DNA of 64,000 bases from Candidatus Altimarinota bacterium (GCA_046314355.1 JBKBWQ010000001.1:1408001-1472000); one strand, 5' to 3'. Positions 9,382 to 19,003 are shown, counted from the stretch's first letter. Numbers and translations are program-made. Notes: generated by a model from the sequence alone, not told the origin.

Positions 9382-9413
9382 ATTATAAGTTCCGTACTAT
9401 AGTACGTAGTCAA
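9382..9413 (-). promoter_or_regulatory. MerR-type promoter/operator
   Basis: Minus-strand TTGACT-20nt-TATAAT enclosing palindrome CGTACTATAGTACG 9393-9406, resembling the mer operator. Confidence 0.8.
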
Positions 9414-9419
9414 GCACAT

Positions 9420-9797
9420 ATGTTATCAATTGGAAAGTTTGCAGCAGCTGGAGGAGTTGGAGTGGAGACCATTCGTTTTTATCAGGGGAAGGGGTTGCTT
9501 AGAATTCCCGCTCAAAATGGTGGAATCCGGTATTATGGTGAAGAAGATATCAGCAGACTCAAATTTATCCGTAATGCGCAGACTGCAGGATTTACTCTCG
9601 CAGAAATTAAGGAGCTTCTCTCTATGGATGCAAACAAAGACCGCGGCAAGGTCCAGAAACTGGCTAGTGCACGAATAGAGATGCTGAACATACAGATAGC
9701 AGAACTACAGCACGCGCGGGATGCTTTAAAACGCCTTGCAGTGCGGTGTGAAAAAGAAAATTCAGAAGCTTGTCCCATATTGGACTCATTCATATAA
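9420..9797 (+). CDS. MerR family regulator
   Basis: SIGKFAAAGGVGVETIRFY, GFTLAEIKELL, C-terminal C-x7-CPIL. Confidence 0.9.
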   Translation: MLSIGKFAAAGGVGVETIRFYQGKGLLRIPAQNGGIRYYGEEDISRLKFIRNAQTAGFTLAEIKELLSMDANKDRGKVQKLASARIEMLNIQIAELQHARDALKRLAVRCEKENSEACPILDSFI

Positions 9798-9897
9798 ACG
9801 TTAGTGTTTGCTACTAATTGGCAATGCAAAGAAAAGTACTTCTGTTACATCCAGGTTTTTTTGTTATAATGAAATATAAATTCTTAAGCCTTTTCAC

Positions 9898-10452
9898 ATG
9901 AGAAAAATAATCGCTGCAATGAATATGACTCTAGATGGGTTCTGCGATCATACGGCAGGGATTGTTGATGATGAGACACATCAGCATTATAATGACCTTT
10001 TGAAGAGTGCAGATACCTTGATATATGGACGGACAACCTATCAGCTTATGGAAAGTTATTGGCCGGAGCTTGTGAAAAACCCATCAGGTAACAAACAGGA
10101 AGATGATTTTGCAGTGCTGATTGATGCTATTCATAAGATTGTATATTCCCGCACAATGAAAGAGGTTGATTGGAAAAATTCTATATTGAAACACGAGATA
10201 ATTAGAAAAGAGATTGTAGATATGAAGCAGCAGGAGGGGAAGAATATTTTAGTGGGAAGTCCAAGTATGATCGTAGCTTTTACTAAGCTAGGCTTGATTG
10301 ATGAATATCAGATTAATGTAAATCCTGTTATTTTGGGTAAAGGATTGGTTTTATTTAAAAATATTGAGAAACAAATTGATCTCACTCTTTTGAAAACTAA
10401 GACATTTAAGGGCGGCGGAGTAGTACTCTATTACAAACCAGTGAAAGAATAA
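9898..10452 (+). CDS. Dihydrofolate reductase-like (RibD C-terminal) protein
   Basis: MTLDGF, GRTTYQ, GLIDEY..VNPVILGKG. Confidence 0.85.
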   Translation: MRKIIAAMNMTLDGFCDHTAGIVDDETHQHYNDLLKSADTLIYGRTTYQLMESYWPELVKNPSGNKQEDDFAVLIDAIHKIVYSRTMKEVDWKNSILKHEIIRKEIVDMKQQEGKNILVGSPSMIVAFTKLGLIDEYQINVNPVILGKGLVLFKNIEKQIDLTLLKTKTFKGGGVVLYYKPVKE

Positions 10453-10499
10453 TTACTACATAAATTTGTTTCTTAATTTCTAGATTATAACCTTTTATT

Positions 10500-10841
10500 A
10501 TGAAAAAATTTCTCGCAATTTTTTACGGAGGAGCCTCTGACGAGGAGAAATCAAAACCTTTGGATATGAAAGATCAGCAGGCGTTTATGGATGCCTGGGT
10601 ATCCTGGGCTACTACGAATCAAAAAGCTATCATAGATAACGGTGCTCCGCTGGGTAAGACAAAAACTGTGCAGGAAAACAGTATTTCTGACAGTAAAAAT
10701 GATATAATTGCATATGCAATTGTGGAGACAAACTCACATGAGGATGCAGCAGAAATCTTCAAAGCTCATCCTCACCTTACTCTCCATCCAAAAAACCGGA
10801 TAGAAGTGATAGAGATGCTGTCTATGGATATGCCTCAATAG
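10500..10841 (+). CDS. YciI/DGPF-like small protein
   Basis: W..W, DNGAPLG, YAIVE..SHEDA, HPH, IEVIE pattern. Confidence 0.55.
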   Translation: MKKFLAIFYGGASDEEKSKPLDMKDQQAFMDAWVSWATTNQKAIIDNGAPLGKTKTVQENSISDSKNDIIAYAIVETNSHEDAAEIFKAHPHLTLHPKNRIEVIEMLSMDMPQ

Positions 10842-10902
10842 CTTGGTATTTTGCGAAAGTAATCTTATTTAATGAATATATATCTTTAACTACTTGAACA
10901 CT

Positions 10903-11334
10903 ATGCAACACTCAATTCAAATCAATGCTTCAAAAGAAAAAGTGTGGGATGTGCTCTGGAGTGATAAGTCTTTTAGAGACTGGGCAAATATCATAGATGA
11001 AGGCACATACATAGACGGCGATCTGCAGGAAGGCAAAGAAGTAAATGTTATGTCTGCATCAGGGTATGGAGTGACAGTAAAAGTAGAAAAGCTTACCCCT
11101 TATCAATTCCTGTTGTTTAAGCAAGTGGCAGATATTAAGGTTGGTAAAGATGGTGCAGTTGAAAAAAGGGAAAAGGAATGGGAGGGGGGTAGTGAGAGTT
11201 ATGAGCTGAAAGAAAAAGAAGGAAAAGTGGAACTGATTATAACTGAAGATGTGCCTGAGAACCTTGTTGAATATTTTGATGAGAAACTTCCTGAAGTGTT
11301 GGAGCGTATAAAGGTGCTTGCAGAAGCCAAGTAG
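10903..11334 (+). CDS. SRPBCC domain protein
   Basis: SIQINASKEKVWDVLW; ends LERIKVLAE. Confidence 0.75.
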   Translation: MQHSIQINASKEKVWDVLWSDKSFRDWANIIDEGTYIDGDLQEGKEVNVMSASGYGVTVKVEKLTPYQFLLFKQVADIKVGKDGAVEKREKEWEGGSESYELKEKEGKVELIITEDVPENLVEYFDEKLPEVLERIKVLAEAK

Positions 11335-11344
11335 GTGCTATGAG

Positions 11345-11378
11345 AAAAAACCCACTAACAATTTCTGTCAGTGGGTTT
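11345..11378. terminator. Intrinsic terminator hairpin
   Basis: AAACCCACT...AGTGGGTTT between convergent genes. Confidence 0.55.
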
Positions 11379-11399
11379 GTAATAACTATTTTTTTGTTT

Positions 11400-13157
11400 T
11401 TAAACAGGTAAGAATGATCCGGACTGGATACCCCAGAAACGGGTATATCTGCCTTCTGCATTTTCAAGGAGTTCTCTATGTGAACCATCTTCTATGATGT
11501 GTCCTTTCTCAAGTACTATAATACGATCCATGTGGCGAATCGTAGATAGCCGGTGAGCAACAACGATGACGGTTTTCTTGGCCATGAGGTTTTTTAATGC
11601 CTCCTGGATATGAAATTCACTTTCGCTGTCGAGAGCAGAGGTTGCTTCATCCAACACAATAATCGGAGCATCAACTAGTATTGCTCGCGCAATTGCAATT
11701 CTCTGTCGTTCTCCTCCTGATAGTTTGATGCCTCTCTCGCCTACAAATGTCAGGTACCCAAGTTCCTTTTCCATGATGAAATCATGAGCATGGGCAAGCC
11801 TTGCAGCTTCTTCTACCTCAGCTTGTGTAGCATCTGGTTTTCCGTACGCGATGTTTTCAAAAAGACTTCTGTGAAACATCACAGGCTCTTGTGAAACATA
11901 CGCGATATTACTGCATAGGCTCTTTTGAGTCACTTCAGTAATTTTTTGTCCATCAACCTTGACTGCACCATTGCTCACATCTGTGAAGCGCATGAGCAGT
12001 TTTAACAATGTTGATTTGCCTGCACCAGATTCACCTACAAGAGCAACTTTTTCTCCTGCATTTACTGACAGTGAAAAATTATTGAATAAAGCATTTTCCC
12101 CAAACGAAAAATCTACATTATCCAGATGAATATGTCCTTTAGTAACTGTGAGTTGAGTATCAGTAGTATCCTGAATATCGTAAGGCTTATCGAAGATCTC
12201 TACCATTTCTACTGCCTGAGCAGCTTCCGAGAAGAGGTGACGTACCTGCCATCCAAAGTCCCACATCCTTGCTTTTAAAACATTATCTACTCCAAAGAGC
12301 AGGATCATGTCAGCCGGGCTTATGAGATGATGATAACATGCATATCCGTATACTACATACATAGCTGTTCCAAAAAAACTCATAAGGTTTTCCTGAACCA
12401 TTTTGATGTAGGTATCAAACCACCACAACTTTGCCGAACTCTTTTTAAATGTATCTACTACATCTGCGAAGTAAGCAGATTCACGGTCAATCGATGCAAA
12501 TGACTTTATATTGATCACATTGGTGAGTGTATCTGCTAATACACCTGAAACTTTTGTGTTCCAAAGTGTTGCATCAAGATCCAATGGTTTTTTCTTTATC
12601 AGTCCAAACATTGTGATGCCCATAAACAGCACCATGTAGACAGCCATCATAGTACCGAAATACAAATGAATACTGAACATGATCCATAGACTAATAACCA
12701 ATTCTAAGAAAAATGGTGCAAAAAAGAATAAAACTTTGTCTGCAATTGATTCAAATGCAAACACGTACCTATTGACCTTTTTCACCAACGATCCGACGAA
12801 CTCGTTTTGAAAAAAATCCATGGAATGACCATGAAGATTCACGAATACGTCTTGGAACATTTTTTTGATGATATCGAGCTGAAACTCAATATTCACCATG
12901 TCTCGAAACATTCGACACCACACTCCTATCTGGCTGGCTAAAAAAAGCAGAAGCAAGGTAGAAACAATTGCTGATGTCGATACTGCTTTGTCTAGAAATA
13001 AGTTCGTAAGATCTCGTAGGATATACGGGATCCACAACTTTTGCGCTGCGCCGATAACTGTCATGAGTGCCATAAGGGTCACTCTTTTCGGATAACAAGA
13101 AATGTATGCAGAATAGTTCCGCAGTACATGCATAATTGAGAAATTTTTTTGGTTCAT
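11400..13157 (-). CDS. Fused ABC exporter (permease + ATPase, MdlB/MsbA-like)
   Basis: TM N-half; GESGAGKST, LSGGERQR, VLDEATS, AHRLST; AAAGGAGG SD before ATG 13157. Confidence 0.9.
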   Translation of the reverse strand: MNQKNFSIMHVLRNYSAYISCYPKRVTLMALMTVIGAAQKLWIPYILRDLTNLFLDKAVSTSAIVSTLLLLFLASQIGVWCRMFRDMVNIEFQLDIIKKMFQDVFVNLHGHSMDFFQNEFVGSLVKKVNRYVFAFESIADKVLFFFAPFFLELVISLWIMFSIHLYFGTMMAVYMVLFMGITMFGLIKKKPLDLDATLWNTKVSGVLADTLTNVINIKSFASIDRESAYFADVVDTFKKSSAKLWWFDTYIKMVQENLMSFFGTAMYVVYGYACYHHLISPADMILLFGVDNVLKARMWDFGWQVRHLFSEAAQAVEMVEIFDKPYDIQDTTDTQLTVTKGHIHLDNVDFSFGENALFNNFSLSVNAGEKVALVGESGAGKSTLLKLLMRFTDVSNGAVKVDGQKITEVTQKSLCSNIAYVSQEPVMFHRSLFENIAYGKPDATQAEVEEAARLAHAHDFIMEKELGYLTFVGERGIKLSGGERQRIAIARAILVDAPIIVLDEATSALDSESEFHIQEALKNLMAKKTVIVVAHRLSTIRHMDRIIVLEKGHIIEDGSHRELLENAEGRYTRFWGIQSGSFLPV

Positions 13158-13195
13158 AATGAACCCTCCTTTCATTTATATATTCTTACCTGTTT
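11402..13195. repeat. 14-bp perfect inverted repeat pair flanking the ABC exporter
   Basis: AAACAGGTAAGAAT 11402-11415 and ATTCTTACCTGTTT 13182-13195. Confidence 0.7.
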
Positions 13196-13535
13196 TTCAA
13201 AGATCGATTACTCTCTAGTGAGAGCGAAGCAATTGCCTCTGTCACGAATCTTTTGGGTCATACTAGGGTGTTAAGAATAATACGACTAAGTATTTTTATA
13301 GTATTATTTTGGATATGTCAAATTTTGTTTATGAAAAAGGGTTACCGGGAGTGTAGAAACGTAGGCTTCATTCGTAACAAGAAATTGAGTATATCTGAGA
13401 TATAAATACAGGCATTACCTTTAAAATATATGTATCTCAAAAATGCTTTTTCTTGAAGATAAATCAGTATTAGTGTAGTATAGAAACTATTACTAATGAG
13501 CACTCCACCTTATTCTATTTCAATAAAAACCTCCT

Positions 13536-13907
13536 ATGAATAATGCAACACCAGGAAATCATCGAATATACGGTATGAGTTTTTTTAGCGTGTATGTATT
13601 GTATATACAGAAAGTCGAGAAAAAAGGACGGACTAAGGAGGAAGTAGACCGGGTAGTTACTTGGCTTACTGGATACACTCAAAAGCAGCTGGATGAACAA
13701 TTGGAAAAGAGAACTGATTTTACTAATTTTTTCAAAGATGCTCCAAAGCTGAATCCTGACCGTGCTCTGATCAAGGGGGTGGTCTGTGGAGTGAGGATTG
13801 AAGAGATTACTGAACCATTGATGAGAGAGATTCGCTACATGGATAAATTGATAGATGAGTTGGCAAAGGGGAAAGCTATGGAGAAGATCTTACGTAAACC
13901 GGCATAA
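13536..13907 (+). CDS. DUF2200 family protein
   Basis: [44 protein letters not shown]. Confidence 0.88.
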   Translation: MNNATPGNHRIYGMSFFSVYVLYIQKVEKKGRTKEEVDRVVTWLTGYTQKQLDEQLEKRTDFTNFFKDAPKLNPDRALIKGVVCGVRIEEITEPLMREIRYMDKLIDELAKGKAMEKILRKPA

Positions 13908-13976
13908 CTACCAATAAAGTGACAAGTAGTTATCTTTTTGTTATAGTAAGAGATCAAATTTCTTATTCAATTGATT

Positions 13977-14585
13977 ATGAGAAAAATAATTGCTCTTGAA
14001 TTTATCTCGCTCGACGGCGTGCTGCAGGCGCCAGGTGGTCCCGAGGAAGATACTTCCGGTGGATTTAAATTTGGAGGATGGACGGTACCTTTTTCTGATG
14101 AAGCTTCAAATAAGATCATGACTGAACAAATGAGTGGAGAGTTTGATCTGCTTTTGGGCAAGAAAACCTTTGATATCTGGGAACCGTACTGGCCGAATCA
14201 GGAGGAAGGTAATCCTGTGATGATAAAGTTTAATAAAGTGCAAAAATATGTGGTCACTCATCATGACTTTACGCCGAAATGGGAGGGGACAACTGTGCTC
14301 AGTGGGGATGATGTGGTAGAGCAAATCAAAAATTTGAAGAAGGAAGATGGTCCTGATTTGCAGATCTATGGAAGTGGAAATCTGGTACAGACTTTACTAA
14401 AGAATGATCTGGTAGATGAACTATGGCTGAAGATTTATCCGGTGCTTTTAGGAGCCGGGAAAAAGTTATTTGCCGAGGGGACTATTCCTGCTTCTTTGAA
14501 ATTGATGGATTCTCAAGTTACTCCGCTTGGAGTGATCTTTGCGAATTATAGGAGAAATGGCGAGGTGAAGACAGGGGAGTTTTGA
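13977..14585 (+). CDS. Dihydrofolate reductase-like (RibD C-terminal) protein
   Basis: SLDGVLQAPGGPEED, GSGNLVQTLL, PVLLGAGKKLF. Confidence 0.88.
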   Translation: MRKIIALEFISLDGVLQAPGGPEEDTSGGFKFGGWTVPFSDEASNKIMTEQMSGEFDLLLGKKTFDIWEPYWPNQEEGNPVMIKFNKVQKYVVTHHDFTPKWEGTTVLSGDDVVEQIKNLKKEDGPDLQIYGSGNLVQTLLKNDLVDELWLKIYPVLLGAGKKLFAEGTIPASLKLMDSQVTPLGVIFANYRRNGEVKTGEF

Positions 14586-14622
14586 TGAGAAAAGATAATC
14601 AATAAATCGTATTGAAAAAAAC

Positions 14623-14666
14623 AGATAGGTCGGATAATATAAATATATAAATTATCCGACCTATCT
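14623..14666. promoter_or_regulatory. 16-bp perfect inverted repeat, probable operator upstream of fic
   Basis: AGATAGGTCGGATAAT-12nt-ATTATCCGACCTATCT ending 5 nt before the ATG. Confidence 0.6.
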
Positions 14667-14671
14667 TAAGT

Positions 14672-15619
14672 ATGCTTCTCTCAAAAAAACTACAGGAACT
14701 CCTGGATGAAAAACTAGCAAAGCTCAATGCACTTCGGCCTATCTCTAAGGTCATGCTGATGAAGCTCCGTGAGAAGTTTGAAGTTGATATGACCTATAAT
14801 TCTAATGCTATTGAAGGAAATTCACTGACTTTAAAAGAAACCTTCTGGATTGTTCAGGAAGGACTGACTATCAAAGGAAGACCTATCAAAGACATTCTTG
14901 AGGCTAAGAGTCACAAGGATGCCCTGGATTTTCTGTATGATCTTATTGACCATTCAAAAAGAAATACTTTTTCAGAGCGAACGATCAAAGAACTGCATCA
15001 GTTGATTATGCAGCCTATAGAAGCGGAATATGCTGGCCGTTATCGAAATGTGAATGTGTTCATTTCCGGTTCTCCACATACACCACCCAGAGCTCTCCAA
15101 GTTCCTGGGGAAATGGAGAAATTTATTGATTGGACTGTCTCACAAAAAAAGAAAATGCATATCGTAGAATTTGCTGCGATTGCACATCATAAGTTTGTAA
15201 ACATCCATCCTTTTGCAGATGGAAATGGCCGTACAGGCAGACTACTTATGAATGTTTTTCTCATGCATCATGGGTTTCCGCTGACTATTATTCAGAAAAA
15301 TGATCGCAAGCAGTATTACCGCGTACTACAGGAAGCAGATGAGGGAAACTACCAATCTCTTATAGATTTTGTTGCACAAGCGACCTTAAGATCTCTGAAT
15401 ATTTATCTTGATGTACTCACTCCTGATGGAGAGAAAGAAGACTATATGTTACTTTCGGATGTTGTAGAGCAGACCCCTTATACACTTGAATACCTGAGCA
15501 AATTAGCACGACAGGGGAAACTTGATGCGCATAAGGTGCAGAGAAATTGGGTGACTACGTGTGAGGCTGTGGAGAGGTATGTGAGGAGTACTGAGCGTTC
15601 TTTTCATAAGAAGAAGTAA
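14672..15619 (+). CDS. Fic family protein (class II) with C-terminal HTH-like domain
   Basis: Catalytic HPFADGNGRTGR; inhibitory SNAIEGN; YLSKLARQGKLDAHKVQRNW tail. Confidence 0.9.
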   Translation: MLLSKKLQELLDEKLAKLNALRPISKVMLMKLREKFEVDMTYNSNAIEGNSLTLKETFWIVQEGLTIKGRPIKDILEAKSHKDALDFLYDLIDHSKRNTFSERTIKELHQLIMQPIEAEYAGRYRNVNVFISGSPHTPPRALQVPGEMEKFIDWTVSQKKKMHIVEFAAIAHHKFVNIHPFADGNGRTGRLLMNVFLMHHGFPLTIIQKNDRKQYYRVLQEADEGNYQSLIDFVAQATLRSLNIYLDVLTPDGEKEDYMLLSDVVEQTPYTLEYLSKLARQGKLDAHKVQRNWVTTCEAVERYVRSTERSFHKKK

Positions 15620-15647
15620 TTAAGTTAATATTTAGTATAATTTTCAT

Positions 15648-16430
15648 ATGACTTATAGTGGCAAAAAACTTGTTTTACCCAAAACGGCTTTTCAAAAGCT
15701 ATGGAGAAATGCTACACCTGAAGTTCAATGTACAATTATCAATATATCAAGAATAGTGATGTTGATAAGTTACTTTAGGTTTGCTCAAAGACAACTGACT
15801 ATTTTTAATAAAATAGATCAAAAAGAATTAACAGATACAAAGCTATTTCATAGTAGAGATATCGCCTTACGTATTGAATTTATGTATTCGCATTTCGCAG
15901 AAGTTTGTAATGCTTTTATCGTTAAAGACGGCATGATCAAAAGTGAAGTTGCAAGGTTACAAAGTAAGATTAACAAACAAAAGAAACAAGAAAAAATAGA
16001 TATTGAAGCATTAGTAGAAATAAAATTTAATATAGAAGCAGTTATCAATAACTACGAGAGTAAATATCAAACTTTTGTTAGAGCAACTATTGATATGAGA
16101 GATAAAATAGGATTTCATGTAGATAAAGAAACTATTCGAGGATTTTTTGATGATTTAGATAACTATACTGAAGAAGAGCTAGTAGTTATAATGAGAGATA
16201 GTACTTTTGCAACTCAACTATATCCTATGACATATGATATAGTTGAATTGCATTTAGAAAATTATTTTATGGCTGATATAGAAAAAAGTATTAGATCTAG
16301 AGAATTGTTGCTTAAAAGTTTCGATACAAACCTAACTCAAATGAAAGAAATAGTTGATGATATTGAAAAGGCTATTTGGGAGCTAATAGAATATATTAAT
16401 TTTTTAAGTTCTGAAATGGATAAAGAATAA
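15648..16430 (+). CDS. Hypothetical helical protein, possible HEPN RNase
   Basis: AT-rich 260-aa ORF with RDKIGFH (R-x5-H). Confidence 0.45.
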   Translation: MTYSGKKLVLPKTAFQKLWRNATPEVQCTIINISRIVMLISYFRFAQRQLTIFNKIDQKELTDTKLFHSRDIALRIEFMYSHFAEVCNAFIVKDGMIKSEVARLQSKINKQKKQEKIDIEALVEIKFNIEAVINNYESKYQTFVRATIDMRDKIGFHVDKETIRGFFDDLDNYTEEELVVIMRDSTFATQLYPMTYDIVELHLENYFMADIEKSIRSRELLLKSFDTNLTQMKEIVDDIEKAIWELIEYINFLSSEMDKE

Positions 16431-16448
16431 ATATGAGCCTTATTCAAT

Positions 16449-18242
16449 TTAAAACCCTCCCACATCCTCCGTCCTATAAACCGCCTGCAACCCTTCTGCC
16501 TCCAAAAACTCACTAAACGGCTTCAATCCCTCCGCCTCATACCTCTTCTTAAACTTCTCAATATCTTCTTTTTTATATACCTTCGGATCAAGAATAAGCT
16601 TCTCCACCGGTATGGGTCTTTCGCCTGATATCTTCGCATCGATAAGTACGGTAAATCCAGCTTTCCGATCCTTCTCCGCCTGATCAAAAATATCCTTCAA
16701 ATCCTCAATCTTTCTCGCTGTATAAGACTTCGCTCCCATCGCCTCTCCGATCTTCGCATAATCAACATCCATAAATTCCACTCCCAGATATCCTGTATTC
16801 GTATCCTCTTGCTCATCCTTGATAAAGCCGAACTGCTTATTGGCAAAGACTACATTTACGATAGGAAGTTTATACTGCACCTGTGTCGCAAGATCCTGCA
16901 TGACCATCTGAAAAGCTCCGTCTCCAGAAAGTGACCAGACTTGCCGGTCAGGGAAGTCGAGTTTTGCTGTGATTGCTCCCGGGATACCGATACCCATGGT
17001 TGCAAAGAGATTTGAAGTTCTCCACATCTGCTTCGGATTCATGTGGAGATGGCGGATGGATGTCTGTGTGACATCACCTACGTCCACTGAAAAAATTGCA
17101 TCTTCTTCCACATGCTTATTAATCTCATTAAATACCTGATAGAGCTGCAGATCTCCTGAGGGTTTTGTTTCAAGCATGTTTACGTACTCACGCCAGTTTT
17201 TGATATTGTTTATATTTGCTCTCCACCATGGAGTATCTTCCTTTTCTTTAACCATATCAATGAGTGCTCTGATCGCATCACCTGCATCCGCCAGGATAGT
17301 TACTCCGTTAGAATGTCTCTTTCCCAGATTTCCTACATTCACATCGATCTGAATGAAATTTTTCACATTCGCAAAAATATTGCTGACTTCACTAAAGGGA
17401 TAATTATTTCCTACAAAAATAACCGTATCTGCGTTTGGAAAAGCTTCATTTGTAGGTTTTGTCGCAACTCGATTTGCAGAACCTAAGAGTCCTTCGTAAT
17501 CATGTGGAAAGCTGTCATAGTTGATGGCAGTGATAGCGATTGGTGCTTTGATTTTCTTAGAAAGTTCTATGACATCCTCTCCACTTTTTCTCGTTCCGAT
17601 TCCTGCATAAATAATAGTTTTTTCGGAACTATTCAAGATCTTTGCTGCAGCTTCCAGGTCAGTAATATTCATCACCGGATTTGGATAGTTTCGATGAGCA
17701 CAGGCACTTGAGTAGAATTCTTTTGCTGGAATATCTTTCCATCCGAGATCCACAGGCAATTGTACTACAGCAACTCCTTTTTTTGAATATGCCTGCCGTA
17801 TAGCTTCATCAATCACATGAGGCAATTGTTCCGCATTCATTACTACGCGATTATAAACCGCCACATCGGCATAAATGGGGTTCTCATTTATTTCCTGAAA
17901 AGCATCCATGTTCATACCCGTCGTTGCAAACTGTCCGATAATAGCCAGAACTGGCATATGATCTTCACGTGCGTCATAGAGACCATTGAGCAGATGCGTT
18001 CCTCCTGGTCCGGCACTACCAAAGCAAACACCTATATGTCCCGTAAATTTTGCATGCATACTTGCTGCCATGGCTCCTACTTCTTCATGCCGTACTTGAA
18101 TATATTTGATTCTATCTTGTTCAGCTAAAAGAGCATCCATCAACGTGTTGATTGATCCTCCGGGAATACCGTAGATATGTTTTACTCCCCATTCTTCGAG
18201 GACTTTTACTGCTGCGATGCCGGATTTGATTTTTTCAGCCAT
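16449..18242 (-). CDS. spxB: Pyruvate oxidase (TPP/FAD; SpxB/Pox-type)
   Basis: YGIPGGSIN, QVRHEEVGA, GSAGPGGTHL, GDGAF..N, FIKDEQED. Confidence 0.88.
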   Translation of the reverse strand: MAEKIKSGIAAVKVLEEWGVKHIYGIPGGSINTLMDALLAEQDRIKYIQVRHEEVGAMAASMHAKFTGHIGVCFGSAGPGGTHLLNGLYDAREDHMPVLAIIGQFATTGMNMDAFQEINENPIYADVAVYNRVVMNAEQLPHVIDEAIRQAYSKKGVAVVQLPVDLGWKDIPAKEFYSSACAHRNYPNPVMNITDLEAAAKILNSSEKTIIYAGIGTRKSGEDVIELSKKIKAPIAITAINYDSFPHDYEGLLGSANRVATKPTNEAFPNADTVIFVGNNYPFSEVSNIFANVKNFIQIDVNVGNLGKRHSNGVTILADAGDAIRALIDMVKEKEDTPWWRANINNIKNWREYVNMLETKPSGDLQLYQVFNEINKHVEEDAIFSVDVGDVTQTSIRHLHMNPKQMWRTSNLFATMGIGIPGAITAKLDFPDRQVWSLSGDGAFQMVMQDLATQVQYKLPIVNVVFANKQFGFIKDEQEDTNTGYLGVEFMDVDYAKIGEAMGAKSYTARKIEDLKDIFDQAEKDRKAGFTVLIDAKISGERPIPVEKLILDPKVYKKEDIEKFKKRYEAEGLKPFSEFLEAEGLQAVYRTEDVGGF

Positions 18243-18310
18243 GGACTTTGTGTTTTTATATATGTGTATTCATACTATTTTACGCTATATAGGCTCAATT
18301 TACAATTTTT

Positions 18311-18649
18311 CTACTTTCCAAATTTCTTCATAATATCACTATTCAGCTTCTTCCCCCAATCATCCGTATATGTCTTCGCATTCCTCAAAAGCTCATCACA
18401 AAATGCTGCAACATCAGGGCCAGTGACCTCCAGTACCTTCTTACCATCCGCTGCACTGGATTCAAATAAATCGATCAATTCATAGTGGATCTTTAGCATG
18501 TCATAGCCGTTTCCAGCTGCGAAATTCCACATGTAAGCCTGAATCTTTTTATAGACAAACTGATAGTCTTCAGGAAGCTTTGCAACCTTTGCCATCATTT
18601 CTCTATACTCTTTCTTTTCACCGATCATTTTTTTGAAAATTTCAAACAT
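18311..18649 (-). CDS. DUF1048 family protein
   Basis: LPEDYQFVYKKIQ.YMW, LFESSAADGK.V.EVTG.DVAAFCDEL. Confidence 0.85.
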   Translation of the reverse strand: MFEIFKKMIGEKKEYREMMAKVAKLPEDYQFVYKKIQAYMWNFAAGNGYDMLKIHYELIDLFESSAADGKKVLEVTGPDVAAFCDELLRNAKTYTDDWGKKLNSDIMKKFGK

Positions 18650-18652
18650 AAT

Positions 18653-18979
18653 TTATTGTTTTAAGAGATTGATTTTTGATGCAATGAACTTCCATTTTTC
18701 CCAGAAGTTCTTGAGTTCTTCTCGTCCAGCATCATTGAGCGCAAAGAATTTACGAGGTGGTCCCATATCCGACGGTTTTTTTGTAATATCCACCAACTTG
18801 TTTTTTTCAAGCCTAACCAAAATGGTATAGACAGTTCCGTCTACTACATCAGTGAACCCAACAGCATTGAGTTTCCGGGTGATTTCATAACCATAGGTTT
18901 CCTGATGGCTGATGATCTCGAGGACGCAGCCTTCCAGAACTCCTTTCAGCATTTCTGTAATGTTATCTGTGATAGGCAT
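18653..18979 (-). CDS. PadR family regulator
   Basis: MLKGVLEGCVL, YGYEI, GTVYTILVRLE, GPPRKFF. Confidence 0.9.
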   Translation of the reverse strand: MPITDNITEMLKGVLEGCVLEIISHQETYGYEITRKLNAVGFTDVVDGTVYTILVRLEKNKLVDITKKPSDMGPPRKFFALNDAGREELKNFWEKWKFIASKINLLKQ

Positions 18980-19003
18980 CTGCTTTCTTTAAAAATAAAG
19001 TAT

